Shown one piece after another: positions 1-10,200 of a DNA stretch of 64,000 nt. The DNA is from Candidatus Eiseniibacteriota bacterium (GTDB taxonomy: Bacteria > Eisenbacteria > RBG-16-71-46 > CAZAMP01). The notes under the pieces are model-generated. The model made no database searches. It saw nothing but the letters and a program-made list of their open reading frames with translations, and had not been told where the DNA came from. A program made the position numbers and the translations under genes. The stretch covers positions 4,480,001 through 4,544,000 of the forward strand of contig OZ245046.1 in NCBI GenBank assembly GCA_965224245.1, written 5' to 3'. The stretch's first letter is position 1. Every line of letters starts with the position of its first letter.

Positions 1-1
1 C

Positions 2-841
2 TCGCCGGCCGACTTCAGCGACTGCGTCGTCCGCCGCGAGTTCGCGACCGCGGACGACGGCGTTCGCATTCCCGTCGACATCCTGATGCGCGAGGACACG
101 CCGCTGGACGGCAGCGCGCCGTGCATCCTCTATGGCTACGGCAGCTACGGCATCAGCCAGCGCCCGTGGTTCAGTCCCAACAAGCGCCTGTGGCTCGAGC
201 AGGGTGGGATCCACGCGATCGCGTCGATCCGCGGCGGCGGCGAGTACGGCGATGCCTGGCATCGCGCCGCCAACCTGGAGCGCAAGAAACGATCGATGGA
301 CGACTTCGCCGCGTGCGCGTCGTACCTGGTGGAGGCCGGCTACACGACGCCCGAGCACCTGGCGATCGAGGGCGGCAGTGCCGGCGGTCTCCTGGTGTAC
401 GGCACGATGGCCCACTACCCCGATCGGATGGGAGCGGTGGTCTCTCACGTCGGCTTCGGGGACGCGCTCCGGATGGAGCTGGCCCCGAACGGCGTGTTCA
501 ACGTCACCGAGTTCGGCACCGTCACCAACGAGCAGCAGTTCCCGGGAATGCTCGCGGCATCGCCGTACCATCAGATCGAGGACGGGCGCACGTACCCGTC
601 GGTGCTGTCGCTGACCGGCATGAACGATCCCCGCGTGGAGCCGTGGCAGACGTTCAAGATGACCGCGGCGCTGCAGGCCACGGGATCACCCAATCCCGTG
701 CTGATGCGGGTCAGCCGGCACTCGGGTCACGGCCAGGGCACCATGCTGTCCGAGCGCGACGCGCAGACGGTGGACGTGCACGCGTTCCTGTTCAAGCAGT
801 TCGGCATGGAGTACCGCGATACCGACCGCCGGGCGGACTGA
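2..841 (+). CDS. Prolyl oligopeptidase family (S9A) serine peptidase, C-terminal catalytic part (5' end outside window)
   Basis: Frame is open from the window start. Contains LYGYGSY, RGGGEYG, nucleophile motif GGSAGG, NDPRV (Asp) and SGHG (His). Confidence 0.92.
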   Translation, partial: SPADFSDCVVRREFATADDGVRIPVDILMREDTPLDGSAPCILYGYGSYGISQRPWFSPNKRLWLEQGGIHAIASIRGGGEYGDAWHRAANLERKKRSMDDFAACASYLVEAGYTTPEHLAIEGGSAGGLLVYGTMAHYPDRMGAVVSHVGFGDALRMELAPNGVFNVTEFGTVTNEQQFPGMLAASPYHQIEDGRTYPSVLSLTGMNDPRVEPWQTFKMTAALQATGSPNPVLMRVSRHSGHGQGTMLSERDAQTVDVHAFLFKQFGMEYRDTDRRAD

Positions 842-852
842 CCCGGCGGTCG
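823..852. terminator. GC-rich hairpin between convergent genes (candidate terminator)
   Basis: CGACCGCCGGG (823-833) pairs perfectly with CCCGGCGGTCG (842-852) around an 8-nt loop that contains the stop codon. No U-tract. Confidence 0.45.
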
Positions 853-886
853 ATCCGCCCGCGCCGAACGCGTCGACCGCGGCCGC

Positions 887-2056
887 TCAGAGGGCGAACC
901 GCGCATCCACCAGGAAGAACGGATCGGTCAGCGTCAGGGACGTCCGTACCGCTCCGGTGAACGTCATCCGATCCTTGCGTGCCTCGAACCCCCAGGCGAA
1001 GCGCTCCGCGTTCGTCTCGGAGATCATCCGATCGCGTTCCTCCCGGCCGTCGTGGACGACGTCGACGGTCGTGCTGCGCATCCAGACGTGTGACGTCTCG
1101 ATCCCCGCCCCGGCGCTGACGTCCCGCGTCAGGTCCTCCCAGAGGGACAGCGACGCCGTCGTGGTACGGGTGGTGTGGCGCGCGGCGTCCAGCGTGCCGG
1201 CCACCGCGTTCATGGCGTCGGCGTCCGAGTACTCGACGCCGAACGCGATTCGCCGATCACGCTCTGGCCGGTGAGCGACCATGAAGGCGGCCTTCCACAC
1301 GTCGGCGTAGCGATCGACGTCGGTGTCCAGCTCGAACGGCGCGATGTCGTTGCGGATCGACAGCGTCTCCGACGCATCGTTCCAGGCGGCGTATACCGAG
1401 ACGGTCGTGCGGCGGGACGTCCGAAGGCGGGCGCGGGTCGCCGCGGACAGCAGAAGATCGTGAGCCGAGGAGGTCTCGGAGCGAGTCGACACGTCGTCAA
1501 GGGTCCGGCTGGACGTCACCGTCCGGTCGGGCCGGGTCGCCGCGACGACGACGTCGAACACGACCCGCCGCCCGGTGGCACCGATGCCCATCGAGGCCGT
1601 GAGATCGTTCAGAACACGTTCCGATAGGATGGCCTGGCGCGGGTCGCCCGAGCTCTCGCGCTCCTGAAGCGTCCGCCGTCGCGTCCATGCGGCCGAAAGC
1701 CCGCCCCGGGCCCCCCGGTCGCGACCGAACGCGAGGCCTCCGCGCCACTGCCGGACCGTGCCGAGCATCGACGCCACCCGATGAGAGGTCGCGAAGGCGC
1801 GCGCCTCTCCGGCTCCGATCGAGCCGACGACCCCTTGCTGTCCATCGGACAGGCCCAGCCCGATGATCTCGCTGGATCGCGTGGCGTGGAGCTGCGGAAA
1901 CACGAACAGGAGCGCGCGCTCGTCGACGAGCTCCACGGGCAGCGTCTCGGCCTCGCCTCGCGCGCTCCGGGGGGCTTCGAGCGTCGAGGCGGTGGCGCCA
2001 CCGGCGAGGCACACGACGGCGACGAGGCAGGCGGCGCGGATCCCGGTCCCATGCAT
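887..2056 (-). CDS. Hypothetical secreted protein, probable outer-membrane beta-barrel
   Basis: SD AGGAG upstream; signal peptide ending ATA. Many amphipathic beta-strand-like segments (e.g. VVFDVVVAAT, TVSVYAAW, FAWGFEA) and a C-terminal FFLVDARFAL. Confidence 0.55.
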   Translation of the reverse strand: MHGTGIRAACLVAVVCLAGGATASTLEAPRSARGEAETLPVELVDERALLFVFPQLHATRSSEIIGLGLSDGQQGVVGSIGAGEARAFATSHRVASMLGTVRQWRGGLAFGRDRGARGGLSAAWTRRRTLQERESSGDPRQAILSERVLNDLTASMGIGATGRRVVFDVVVAATRPDRTVTSSRTLDDVSTRSETSSAHDLLLSAATRARLRTSRRTTVSVYAAWNDASETLSIRNDIAPFELDTDVDRYADVWKAAFMVAHRPERDRRIAFGVEYSDADAMNAVAGTLDAARHTTRTTTASLSLWEDLTRDVSAGAGIETSHVWMRSTTVDVVHDGREERDRMISETNAERFAWGFEARKDRMTFTGAVRTSLTLTDPFFLVDARFAL

Positions 2057-2172
2057 GGTGGATCTCCTGGTGGTCGTCCGATGGCGGGCAGGCCGACGGT
2101 CACGCGGGAGGTCAGTCGGTGGTACACGATCGAGGCACGTTTTGTTTCGCCAACGGTTTGCCCGCGAGAGCC

Positions 2173-2409
2173 TTACCAGTCGTCGTGGTGTTCGAATCCG
2201 AACGACTCCAGCGCGGCTCGCAGCTCGGGCAACCAGTCGGCGAGGGCACGATCGGCGGGGACGACGATCCGGATGACGCCGTCGGACCGGGTGACCGACC
2301 CCGTGCCGGACGGCGCCAGCGGAACCTTGATCTGCTCGCGGTGAATGCCCATCGCATCGGTGATCTCGAAGATCGCGCGCATGTCGTCGATCGTCACTCC
2401 GTGCGTCAC
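2173..2409 (-). CDS. Small hypothetical protein (78 aa)
   Basis: GTG start at 2409 preceded by GGGAGG; globular-looking sequence VTIDDMRAIFEITDAMGIHREQIKVPL...ADWLPEL. Confidence 0.65.
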   Translation of the reverse strand: MTHGVTIDDMRAIFEITDAMGIHREQIKVPLAPSGTGSVTRSDGVIRIVVPADRALADWLPELRAALESFGFEHHDDW

Positions 2410-2491
2410 GGCGCCTCCCGTGTCGTCAGACGGAAACATCTACAAAACCGCATACATGCCGATTTCGGGAACCCAGCCGGGCCGTCGAGAC

Positions 2492-2519
2492 TTGAGTCTC
2501 AACGGGTATCGGCTATCAT
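2492..2519 (+). promoter_or_regulatory. Candidate sigma70 promoter for the ABC operon
   Basis: TTGAGT-N16-TATCAT in an AT-richer divergent intergenic region; overlaps the inverted repeat GAGACT-TG-AGTCTC (2487-2500). Confidence 0.35.
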
Positions 2520-2580
2520 TCTCGCCCGTCAAAACCCATCCGGTTCACACGTTGGTTTCGAGTCAAACCAAGGGACGAAC

Positions 2581-3519
2581 ATGATAAGCGTATCTGGCGT
2601 CACCAAACGGTACGGCACCACGCTCGCCCTGAAAGACGTGAACTTTTCCGTCGATCGGAACCAGATTCTCGGCTTTCTGGGACCCAACGGAGCGGGCAAG
2701 AGCACGTGCATGAAGATCATCACGACCTACCTGTCCGCCGACGAGGGAACGGTGACCGTGGACGGGCTGGACGTCTCGAGCGACGCCCTGGCCGTGCGCA
2801 AGCGGATCGGGTACCTGCCCGAGGTCGCGCCGCTCTACGACGACATGCGTACCTTCGAGTACCTGAACTTCGTTGCGCGGGCTCGTGGGCTCTCGGGCGC
2901 GGATCTCGACACCCGGCTGAGCTGGGTCTACGACGCGATCAGCATCCGGGACGTGCTCTACAAGCCGATCAACGCGCTGTCCAAGGGGTATCGCCAGCGC
3001 GTGGGTCTGGCTCAGGCCCTCGTCCACGACCCGGACATCCTGATCCTGGACGAGCCCACGTCGGGGCTCGACCCGAGGCAGATCATCGACATCCGGAACC
3101 TCATCCACGAGCTGGCCGCCACCAAGACGATCATCTTCTCGTCGCACATCCTGGCCGAGATCAGCGCGGTCACCAACCGCATCGTGATCATCAACGAGGG
3201 GCGGATCGTCGCCGACGGTCAGGTCGATCAGCTGCGCAGCGAAGCCCGCAAGCACAACCGCGTGCTCGTGGAGCTGGCCGGCGCCAACGGCGACGCCGCC
3301 GCCGCGATCGGGTCGATCTCCGGCGTGACCGACGTCGGCCACATGCAGCTCGAGGGGCGCGAGACGCTGGTCGTTCAGAGCGCGATCAACCTGGACGTCC
3401 GACGCGACATCGCGCGGCTGGCGCGCGAGAAAGGCTGGGACCTCCTCGAGCTCCACAACGATCAGCCGTCGCTCGAGGAGGCGTTCATCGCGCTCACCGG
3501 AAAGGAGAGCGTCAACTGA
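2581..3519 (+). CDS. ABC transporter ATP-binding protein (GldA-like)
   Basis: Walker A GPNGAGKST, signature LSKGYRQR, Walker B ILILDEPTSGLDP, H-loop SSH. ATG at 2581 follows AAGGGA. Confidence 0.93.
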   Translation: MISVSGVTKRYGTTLALKDVNFSVDRNQILGFLGPNGAGKSTCMKIITTYLSADEGTVTVDGLDVSSDALAVRKRIGYLPEVAPLYDDMRTFEYLNFVARARGLSGADLDTRLSWVYDAISIRDVLYKPINALSKGYRQRVGLAQALVHDPDILILDEPTSGLDPRQIIDIRNLIHELAATKTIIFSSHILAEISAVTNRIVIINEGRIVADGQVDQLRSEARKHNRVLVELAGANGDAAAAIGSISGVTDVGHMQLEGRETLVVQSAINLDVRRDIARLAREKGWDLLELHNDQPSLEEAFIALTGKESVN

Positions 3520-4244
3520 TGCGTGACGTCAACGTCATCTTCCGGCGCGAGTTCGGCGCGTACTTCAACTCGCCGATCGCCTACGTGTTCATCATCGTGT
3601 TCCTGCTGCTGACGACCGGGTTCTACGTGAACGGGTTCTTCCTGGCCGGCGTGGCCGACATGCGCGACTTCTTCGCCAGCCTGCCGTTGTTCCTGATCTT
3701 CTTCATCCCGGCCCTGACGATGCGGCTGTGGTCCGAGGATCAGCGGCGCGGGACGTTCGAGCTCCTGATGACGCTGCCCATGAAGCCGCGTCAGATCGTC
3801 ATCGGAAAGTACCTGGCCGGCCTGGCCTTCTACTCGATCGCCCTCCTGTCCACGATCACCATCCCGATCACGCTGGCCTGGCTCGGGAACCCCGACGTCG
3901 GCGCCATCGTGTGCGGCTACATCGGGGCGTTGCTCCTGGGCGCGCTCTACCTGGCGATCGGGATCTTCGTGTCGGGACTGTTCCGCGATCAGATCGCGGC
4001 GTTCATCCTGACGCTCCTGGTGTGCTTCTTCTTCTTCCTGATCGGACAGCCGTTCTTCGCGCTCCTGCTCGACGGATGGGTGCGCGGACTGGGCTCGTTC
4101 CTGTCGGAAGGCTTCGGCGTCACCACGCACTTCGACGGGATTCAGCGCGGCGTGATCGGGGTCGAGAACATTCTGTTCTTCGTCTCGTTCTCGATCGTGT
4201 TTCTCGCGTTGAACACGCTGTCCCTCGAAGGACGCAAGTACTAG
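3519..4244 (+). CDS. ABC-2 type permease (GldF-like)
   Basis: TGATG overlap with the ATPase gene; REF..YFNSPIAY, PALTMRLWSEDQRRGTFELLMTLP, GKYLA; about 6 TM helices. Confidence 0.9.
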   Translation: MRDVNVIFRREFGAYFNSPIAYVFIIVFLLLTTGFYVNGFFLAGVADMRDFFASLPLFLIFFIPALTMRLWSEDQRRGTFELLMTLPMKPRQIVIGKYLAGLAFYSIALLSTITIPITLAWLGNPDVGAIVCGYIGALLLGALYLAIGIFVSGLFRDQIAAFILTLLVCFFFFLIGQPFFALLLDGWVRGLGSFLSEGFGVTTHFDGIQRGVIGVENILFFVSFSIVFLALNTLSLEGRKY

Positions 4245-4257
4245 GAGGACGCGCTAC

Positions 4258-6015
4258 ATGGCTTCGAGAAAAGCAAGCTACTCGACCGGACTCGCGGTCG
4301 GCGCCGTGCTCCTGCTCGGCATCGCCGTGTTCCTGAACAGGACGGTCGCCAACGTCGGTCTCGGGCGCTTCGATCTGACCGAGGACAAGATCTACACCGT
4401 CTCCGACAGCGCCAAGAGCATCATGAAGTCGCTCGACGTGCCCGTGCAGGTGAGCTTCTACGTCACCCCCAAGGACGACATGCCCTCGGGCCTGAAGTCG
4501 CTGCAGCAGGACGTCGTGGACAAGCTGAGCGAGCTGTCGATCGCGTCGGGCGGGCGCCTCGAGTACAAGGTCGTGGACCCCAACGAGACCGAGGAGCTCG
4601 CCGAGACACTGGCCAAGAAGGGCGTCCGGCCGTTCCAGGTCCAGAGCGTGGATCGGGACGAGCTGGCCGTGAAGCTCGTCTACTCCGCCATCGGGATCGC
4701 GTACAAGGACAAGCCGGACGCGATCCTGCCCCAGATTCTCCCGGAGAGCCTGTCGAACTTCGAGTACGAGCTCCTGTCGAACGTGCTGCGGATCACTCGC
4801 GAGTCGTCGCCGCTCGTGGCGGTTTACTCCACCAAGGAGTCGGTCGATCCGCAGATGATGCAGCTCTACATGCAGATGGGCCAGCAGCCACCGCCGCCCG
4901 CGGACAACTTCACCGGCGTGCCCGAGATCCTCCGCAGCGAGGGCTACGACGTTCGGCCGGTGCAGCTCACACAGGACGACGGCATCCCCGAGGACACCGA
5001 GACGCTGATCGTGCTCGCGCCCAAGGACCTGAACGAGCGCCAGCGCTACGAGATCTCCGCGTTTCTGCGCGAGGGCGGCAACGTGATCCTCGGAGTCCAG
5101 GCGCAGCTGTTCGACTACAACCCCTCGCAGCGAGGCGGCTTCGACTTCAGTGCGCGCCCGCAGACGTTGACGATCAACGACCTCTTGACCGAGTACGGCG
5201 TGCGGGTCGACGACCGCCCGCTGATGGACACGCAGGTGGCCACGCTGGCCATTCCCCGCACGGTGACCGTGGCCGGCCTTCGTCTGCAGACGAGCGAGCC
5301 CGTCCAGGCGCCGATGCAGGTCCGCATTCTCGGTGCCGGCCTCAACAAGGACGTCCCGTTCGCTGCGGGCGTGCCCGAGATGCTGTACCTGTGGGGGACG
5401 CAGCTCATTCTCGACGACGAGCGGCTGGCCGCGAACGAGCTGACGGCCACACCGATCCTCGAGGGCGGCGAACACACGTGGGTGGTGAGCAAGACCTCGG
5501 GCTTGCTGTCCGACGTCGACCTGGACCCGGACGCGAACGACATCGTCTCGCGTCCGCTCCTCGGCGTGATGCTGGAGGGGACGTTCCCCGATCCGTACGC
5601 GGACACCGGCGTTCCGGACTGGCCGGGCGCCGCCGTGGACTCCACCCAGGTCGCCGACGCCGACACCGGCGTCTCCGACGAGGACGCGAAGCCGGGGCGT
5701 CTGATCGTCACCGGCTGCGCCAAGCTGTTCGAGGACATGCTCCTCCAGCAGCAGGGGCACTCGCTGTTCGTCCTCAACGCGGTCGACGCGATCACGCTCG
5801 GTGACGATCTCATCGCGCTGCGCTCGCGCTCGTACGAGCGCCGGACGCTCGAGGACGCGTCCGACGGGAAGCGGCTCGGATTCCGCCTGGCCAACATGGC
5901 GTTGGTGCCCGCGCTCGTGATCGTCTTCGGGCTCACCCGCAAGTTCAAACGTGACAGCGAATCCAACGCGTATGCGGCGCGCATGCGCCAGGGTGCGACG
6001 GGAGGGAAAGCGTAA
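4258..6015 (+). CDS. GldG-family ABC transporter auxiliary component
   Basis: N-terminal TM, RFDLTEDKIYTVS, VDP motif, FEYEL, LIVLAP..L...E, C-terminal TM; SD AGGAGG. Confidence 0.88.
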   Translation: MASRKASYSTGLAVGAVLLLGIAVFLNRTVANVGLGRFDLTEDKIYTVSDSAKSIMKSLDVPVQVSFYVTPKDDMPSGLKSLQQDVVDKLSELSIASGGRLEYKVVDPNETEELAETLAKKGVRPFQVQSVDRDELAVKLVYSAIGIAYKDKPDAILPQILPESLSNFEYELLSNVLRITRESSPLVAVYSTKESVDPQMMQLYMQMGQQPPPPADNFTGVPEILRSEGYDVRPVQLTQDDGIPEDTETLIVLAPKDLNERQRYEISAFLREGGNVILGVQAQLFDYNPSQRGGFDFSARPQTLTINDLLTEYGVRVDDRPLMDTQVATLAIPRTVTVAGLRLQTSEPVQAPMQVRILGAGLNKDVPFAAGVPEMLYLWGTQLILDDERLAANELTATPILEGGEHTWVVSKTSGLLSDVDLDPDANDIVSRPLLGVMLEGTFPDPYADTGVPDWPGAAVDSTQVADADTGVSDEDAKPGRLIVTGCAKLFEDMLLQQQGHSLFVLNAVDAITLGDDLIALRSRSYERRTLEDASDGKRLGFRLANMALVPALVIVFGLTRKFKRDSESNAYAARMRQGATGGKA

Positions 6016-7079
6016 TGGGAAAGCTCGCGAAACCCATCGTCATTCTCGCGGTCGTGCTGGTCGCACTGGTCTTGGTCTCGAAGCTCAGTGAGGACCGCAA
6101 GCTCGCCACCGAGAGCGGCGGCGGCTTCACCGACGTCCTCGGCAGCGGCTTCGATACCGGCAACATCGACGTCGTCGAGGGCTGGCTCGGCTCTGCCCCG
6201 GACACGCTGGTCACGTTGACGCGCGGCACCGACGGCTGGGTCGTGTCGTCGGCCTGGAGCTGGCCGGCCAAGGAGGCCCAGGTCGATCGACTGATCGAGA
6301 ACCTGGGGAAGCTCTCCGGTGAACGTCGCTCCTCGGACGCGTCGGTGCTGGCCGATTATCAGATCGACGACGAGTCGGGCTTTCACCTCGTCGGCAGGAA
6401 GTCCGGCGGCGCCGAGCTCTTCCACGTCGTCGTGGGCAAGAACGCCAGCGGCGGCGACTTCGTCCGAACCGAGGGCTCGAACGACGTCTATCTGACGAGC
6501 GTGAACCTCCGCTCGGACTTCGGACTCTGGGGCGAGACGCCCAAGCCCCCGGACAACAAGCGGTGGGTGGACCTCGTGGTCAACACGTGCGACCGGGAGG
6601 CCGTGGACGAGGTCGTCCTGAGCACGCCCGACGGCGACATCGTGCTCACGCGCGAGTTCGAGACGATCACGCCCGATCCCGCGGAGGAGGCCGAGGCCGG
6701 CGCCGACGAGACCAGCGTGGACGTCGGCGGCGACGGGACCACCGTCAATCGAAAGGTCTACGAGTACACGCCGGACGCCAAGGGCGCCTTCGACAAGGCG
6801 AAGGCCGATCGCGTGATCGGTGCGCTGGCGTCGCTCCGGGCGTCGGACGTGGCCGATCCCGCCGACGTCGACTCGTACGGCTTCGAGGGAGGCCGTTCGG
6901 CCGAGATCACGCTCAGCGACGGCTCGGTCACGAAGATCATCTTCGGGTCGAACACCGAGGACGACTCGAAGACGTACGTGATGGCCGAGGGTGGGAAGCC
7001 GGCGATGATGTACAAGGGGACCGTCGACAACATCTTCAAGTCGAGGGACGAGCTGTCGCCGGACGAGAACTCGTCCTAG
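6015..7079 (+). CDS. DUF4340 domain-containing protein
   Basis: TAATG overlap; N-terminal membrane anchor; two repeats of the W...PA...V..L..L...YG/YQ...VG pattern; typical last gene of gldAFG-like operons. Confidence 0.75.
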   Translation: MGKLAKPIVILAVVLVALVLVSKLSEDRKLATESGGGFTDVLGSGFDTGNIDVVEGWLGSAPDTLVTLTRGTDGWVVSSAWSWPAKEAQVDRLIENLGKLSGERRSSDASVLADYQIDDESGFHLVGRKSGGAELFHVVVGKNASGGDFVRTEGSNDVYLTSVNLRSDFGLWGETPKPPDNKRWVDLVVNTCDREAVDEVVLSTPDGDIVLTREFETITPDPAEEAEAGADETSVDVGGDGTTVNRKVYEYTPDAKGAFDKAKADRVIGALASLRASDVADPADVDSYGFEGGRSAEITLSDGSVTKIIFGSNTEDDSKTYVMAEGGKPAMMYKGTVDNIFKSRDELSPDENSS

Positions 7080-7100
7080 GTCCGGCAGATCGGCGGCGCG

Positions 7101-7131
7101 TGCCTCCGTCCCGCGAGCCGGGACGGGGGCA
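7101..7131. terminator. Hairpin downstream of the ABC operon (candidate, possibly bidirectional terminator)
   Basis: TGCCTCCGTCCCG / CGGGACGGGGGCA form a 13-bp stem with one G-U pair and a 5-nt loop; a second 8-bp hairpin lies at 7162-7182; located between convergent genes. Confidence 0.55.
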
Positions 7132-7241
7132 TGAACCCCTCTGCTCGGACAGGCCTCGGGCGGCCGCGCTCGACGCGCGGCCTGATTCCCTGCGGACTCG
7201 CTGGGATCCAACCCCCCATCGCCGCTCGATGACTGCACGCG

Positions 7242-10200
7242 CTACTTCAGCACCACGAGCTTCGTGCGGCTGCGGAAGCCGAACGACGTGGTCATCCGCG
7301 CCCAGTAGACACCGCTTCCCACTTCCTTGCCGGCATCGTCGAGTCCGTCCCAGGTCACGGCGTGGATCGCGGGATCCTGAGCGGACGACACCAGCGTGCG
7401 AACGCGGCGGCCGTTCACGTCGTACACCTTCAGTGTGACGAAGCCGGACTCTCCGAGCACGTAACGCAGCGTCGTCGTCGGATTGAACGGGTTGGGCGCC
7501 GCCGACACGAGGCGAGTGATCGCCAGAGCCCCGAGCCCGGGGGACGGCTCGACCGCGATGACGCAGTCCGGATCCTTCAGCGGGTCCACCGGCACGCCGA
7601 GCCACTCGAACACGTCGGCCACGCGCCGGGCGATCGCGGTGAGATCCTCGCACGCGCCGCCTCCGGGGCCGGATCCGGTCCAGCCGTCCGGTGTCGTGCG
7701 GAGCAGATCGAGCGAGAACGAGTCGGTCACGACGCGCTGGCTGCGTGACGCGTCCTGATCGTTGGACACCGAGGCGTACATCTCCGCGGCTCCGCCGGAG
7801 TCCTGGTCGATGTACTCGAGGTTGCCGACGCCCTCCGATTCGACGCCGATCACGTCGAACGGCGTGAGTGTCGAGCAGCCGGCGCGCGCCACCGACGCGT
7901 AGCTCTCGCCGCCGACGGGGAAGTGTCTCCCGCCGGACGGATCCAGCCTCACGCACGCGGATCCGTCGCCGCTCAGCGACTCGTAGTCGCCGCGGCGGAA
8001 GGCCTGAGCGTAGCGCTCGAGCAATCGGTTCGAGTACGGACGACCGGATCGCGAGAGAATGCGCGTGACGTGGTCACCGTTCAGCCACAGCCCGCGCGTG
8101 AGCGAGTCGTCGCAGCGCGGCGCCTCGACGTTCTGGATCAGGATCCGAGCGTCCTGATCGCGCAGGCCCTCCTGGGAGCGCGACCCGGTGTTGTAGAGGA
8201 TCGTGTTGTAGGCCAGCGACTGGAAGAGCGTCATCCCGTTGTCACCGAAGAGCTCGCGACCCAGCGGCGCCGGCACGTTGGAGCTGGCGGCGAGGTAGTC
8301 GTAGCGATCCCAGTTGTCGCGCGTTCGTCCCTCGACGTCGTCGGACGCGCCGAGAATCGGGCGCAGTCCTGCGTTCTCGATCACGTGCTGGCGGCCATCG
8401 TTTGCGGCGTCCACGTACAGGACGCAGGACGTGACCAGCGCGCCGCCCGGGCTCTCGCGCCATCCGGGCAGGACCTCGAACTCCAGCGCGCCATCGGTCG
8501 TGTCGGGAGCCACCCGGGTGCCGCCCGGACCCTCGGACGAGAAGAAGTACTCGACCGTGGTCCCGGGCGTGAACAGTCCGTCGGGCAGGATCTTGGGATC
8601 GTCGGCGTCCAGGACGCCGTCGTCGTGGACGTACGTCGCAAAGTGCTCGTCTCGCGGCGACGGAAGCGCCTCCATGCGGACGGCCAGGTAGTCGACGCGG
8701 TCTCCGGCGCCACCCACCGCGCCTCCGCGCGCATCGAGGAACGCGGCGTAGTCACCGTCGTCGATTGCCGGACCGGGATGCACCCGGAAGTTCAGGTACA
8801 CCTCGGCGCCGGGCTCGGAGATGACCACCGCGGAGTCGCCCATGTTCGCGTTCGTCTGGTCGCCGTCCAATCGGTTGTTGTCGAAGAACGAGTGCACGTC
8901 GGCGGTCGCCGTCGGTGACAGCGAGCTCTCCTGGGGAAAGACGTCTTGATAGAGGAGCTCGAGCGCGATCGCGGGGACATCGAGGCCGTCGCCCACCGCC
9001 GCGATGCGGATGTCGTCCCAGTACGGCCTCTCGTCGCGGCGCTCCGGATTACACGATCCGAAGTCGTCGCAGTTGACGAGCAGCTCGATCGCCACGGCCA
9101 GGGAGTCGGCGTCTCCGGGAATGTACGGGCTCACGTCCTCGATCACGCGGGCGCACTGATCGGGTAGGAACAGGAATCCCCCGACGCCGACGAAATCCCG
9201 GGACCAACCCACGACGCCGGTCGCCTCACAGGTCCACGGGTAGTACGAGATCCCGACCCGGTAGCCCACGCCGGCGTTGGCCCGTGCCCCGTACGTGTTC
9301 CACATCACACGCCAGTCGGATCGGCCCTCCACCGGCGAGCCGGGACCGACGTAGAGGGGAGGCGAACGCATCAGCTCGTGCTGTCCCTCCGGGTGAACCT
9401 CCGGCCCCACCCCGTCGAAGGCCGTCATCACGTACGCGTTCTCGGGGTCGGCGAGCGGACACGTGCACGGATCGTCCTCGATCGGTGGCAGATCGTCCAG
9501 GTGCGTCACGTCGAGGTACGTTCCGATCGGCGGGGCGGCGAAGAACGCCCACTCCTCGGGCCCCGACTCGAAGTCGTCGGTGTCGGACAGCCCGGTGCCC
9601 GCAATCGAGAAGTTGTCGAGCCCGAACGCGCCATAGACCGAGTTCAGGAAGCCCGAGAAGGAGTCGCGACCGTCCGAAAAGAGGGGATCGGACACGAACT
9701 CGAACACGACGTCGAAGTCGCCGGCCCCGATCGGCAGGTCGTCGACCTGGATCACGAGGCTCTCGTGCGCCGGCGACGACGGAGTGCCGATCGCCGTGCC
9801 CTCTTGAGTCGAGCCCGAGTACTCCGCCAGGGGATCGCTTCGCACTCCATCCACGACGGTGTAGAGCGAGGTGATGTCGAAGTCCGTCTCACTGTCGGTG
9901 AAGTAGTCGAACTCGATCGTCACGACACCGACGCCGGTGTACGAGAACGTCTTGGTCGCCGACACCGTCCACAGGTTGTCGTAGCCCATCCCGCCCGGCC
10001 AGCAATCCTCCGCGGCCTCGGCGTCGTGAGCGCCGACCCAGAGCGATCCATCGCCGTCGATGATGGCGCTGACGGGATCATCGACGAAGTCGATCGTCGT
10101 CCGGTGGCGGAAGAACGGGTTTCCGAACGCATCGACACCGCCGCCCGAGAGGTCTTCGCTCGTCCATCCCTGGAGCGTGCCGTCCTCGAAGTCCCAGACG

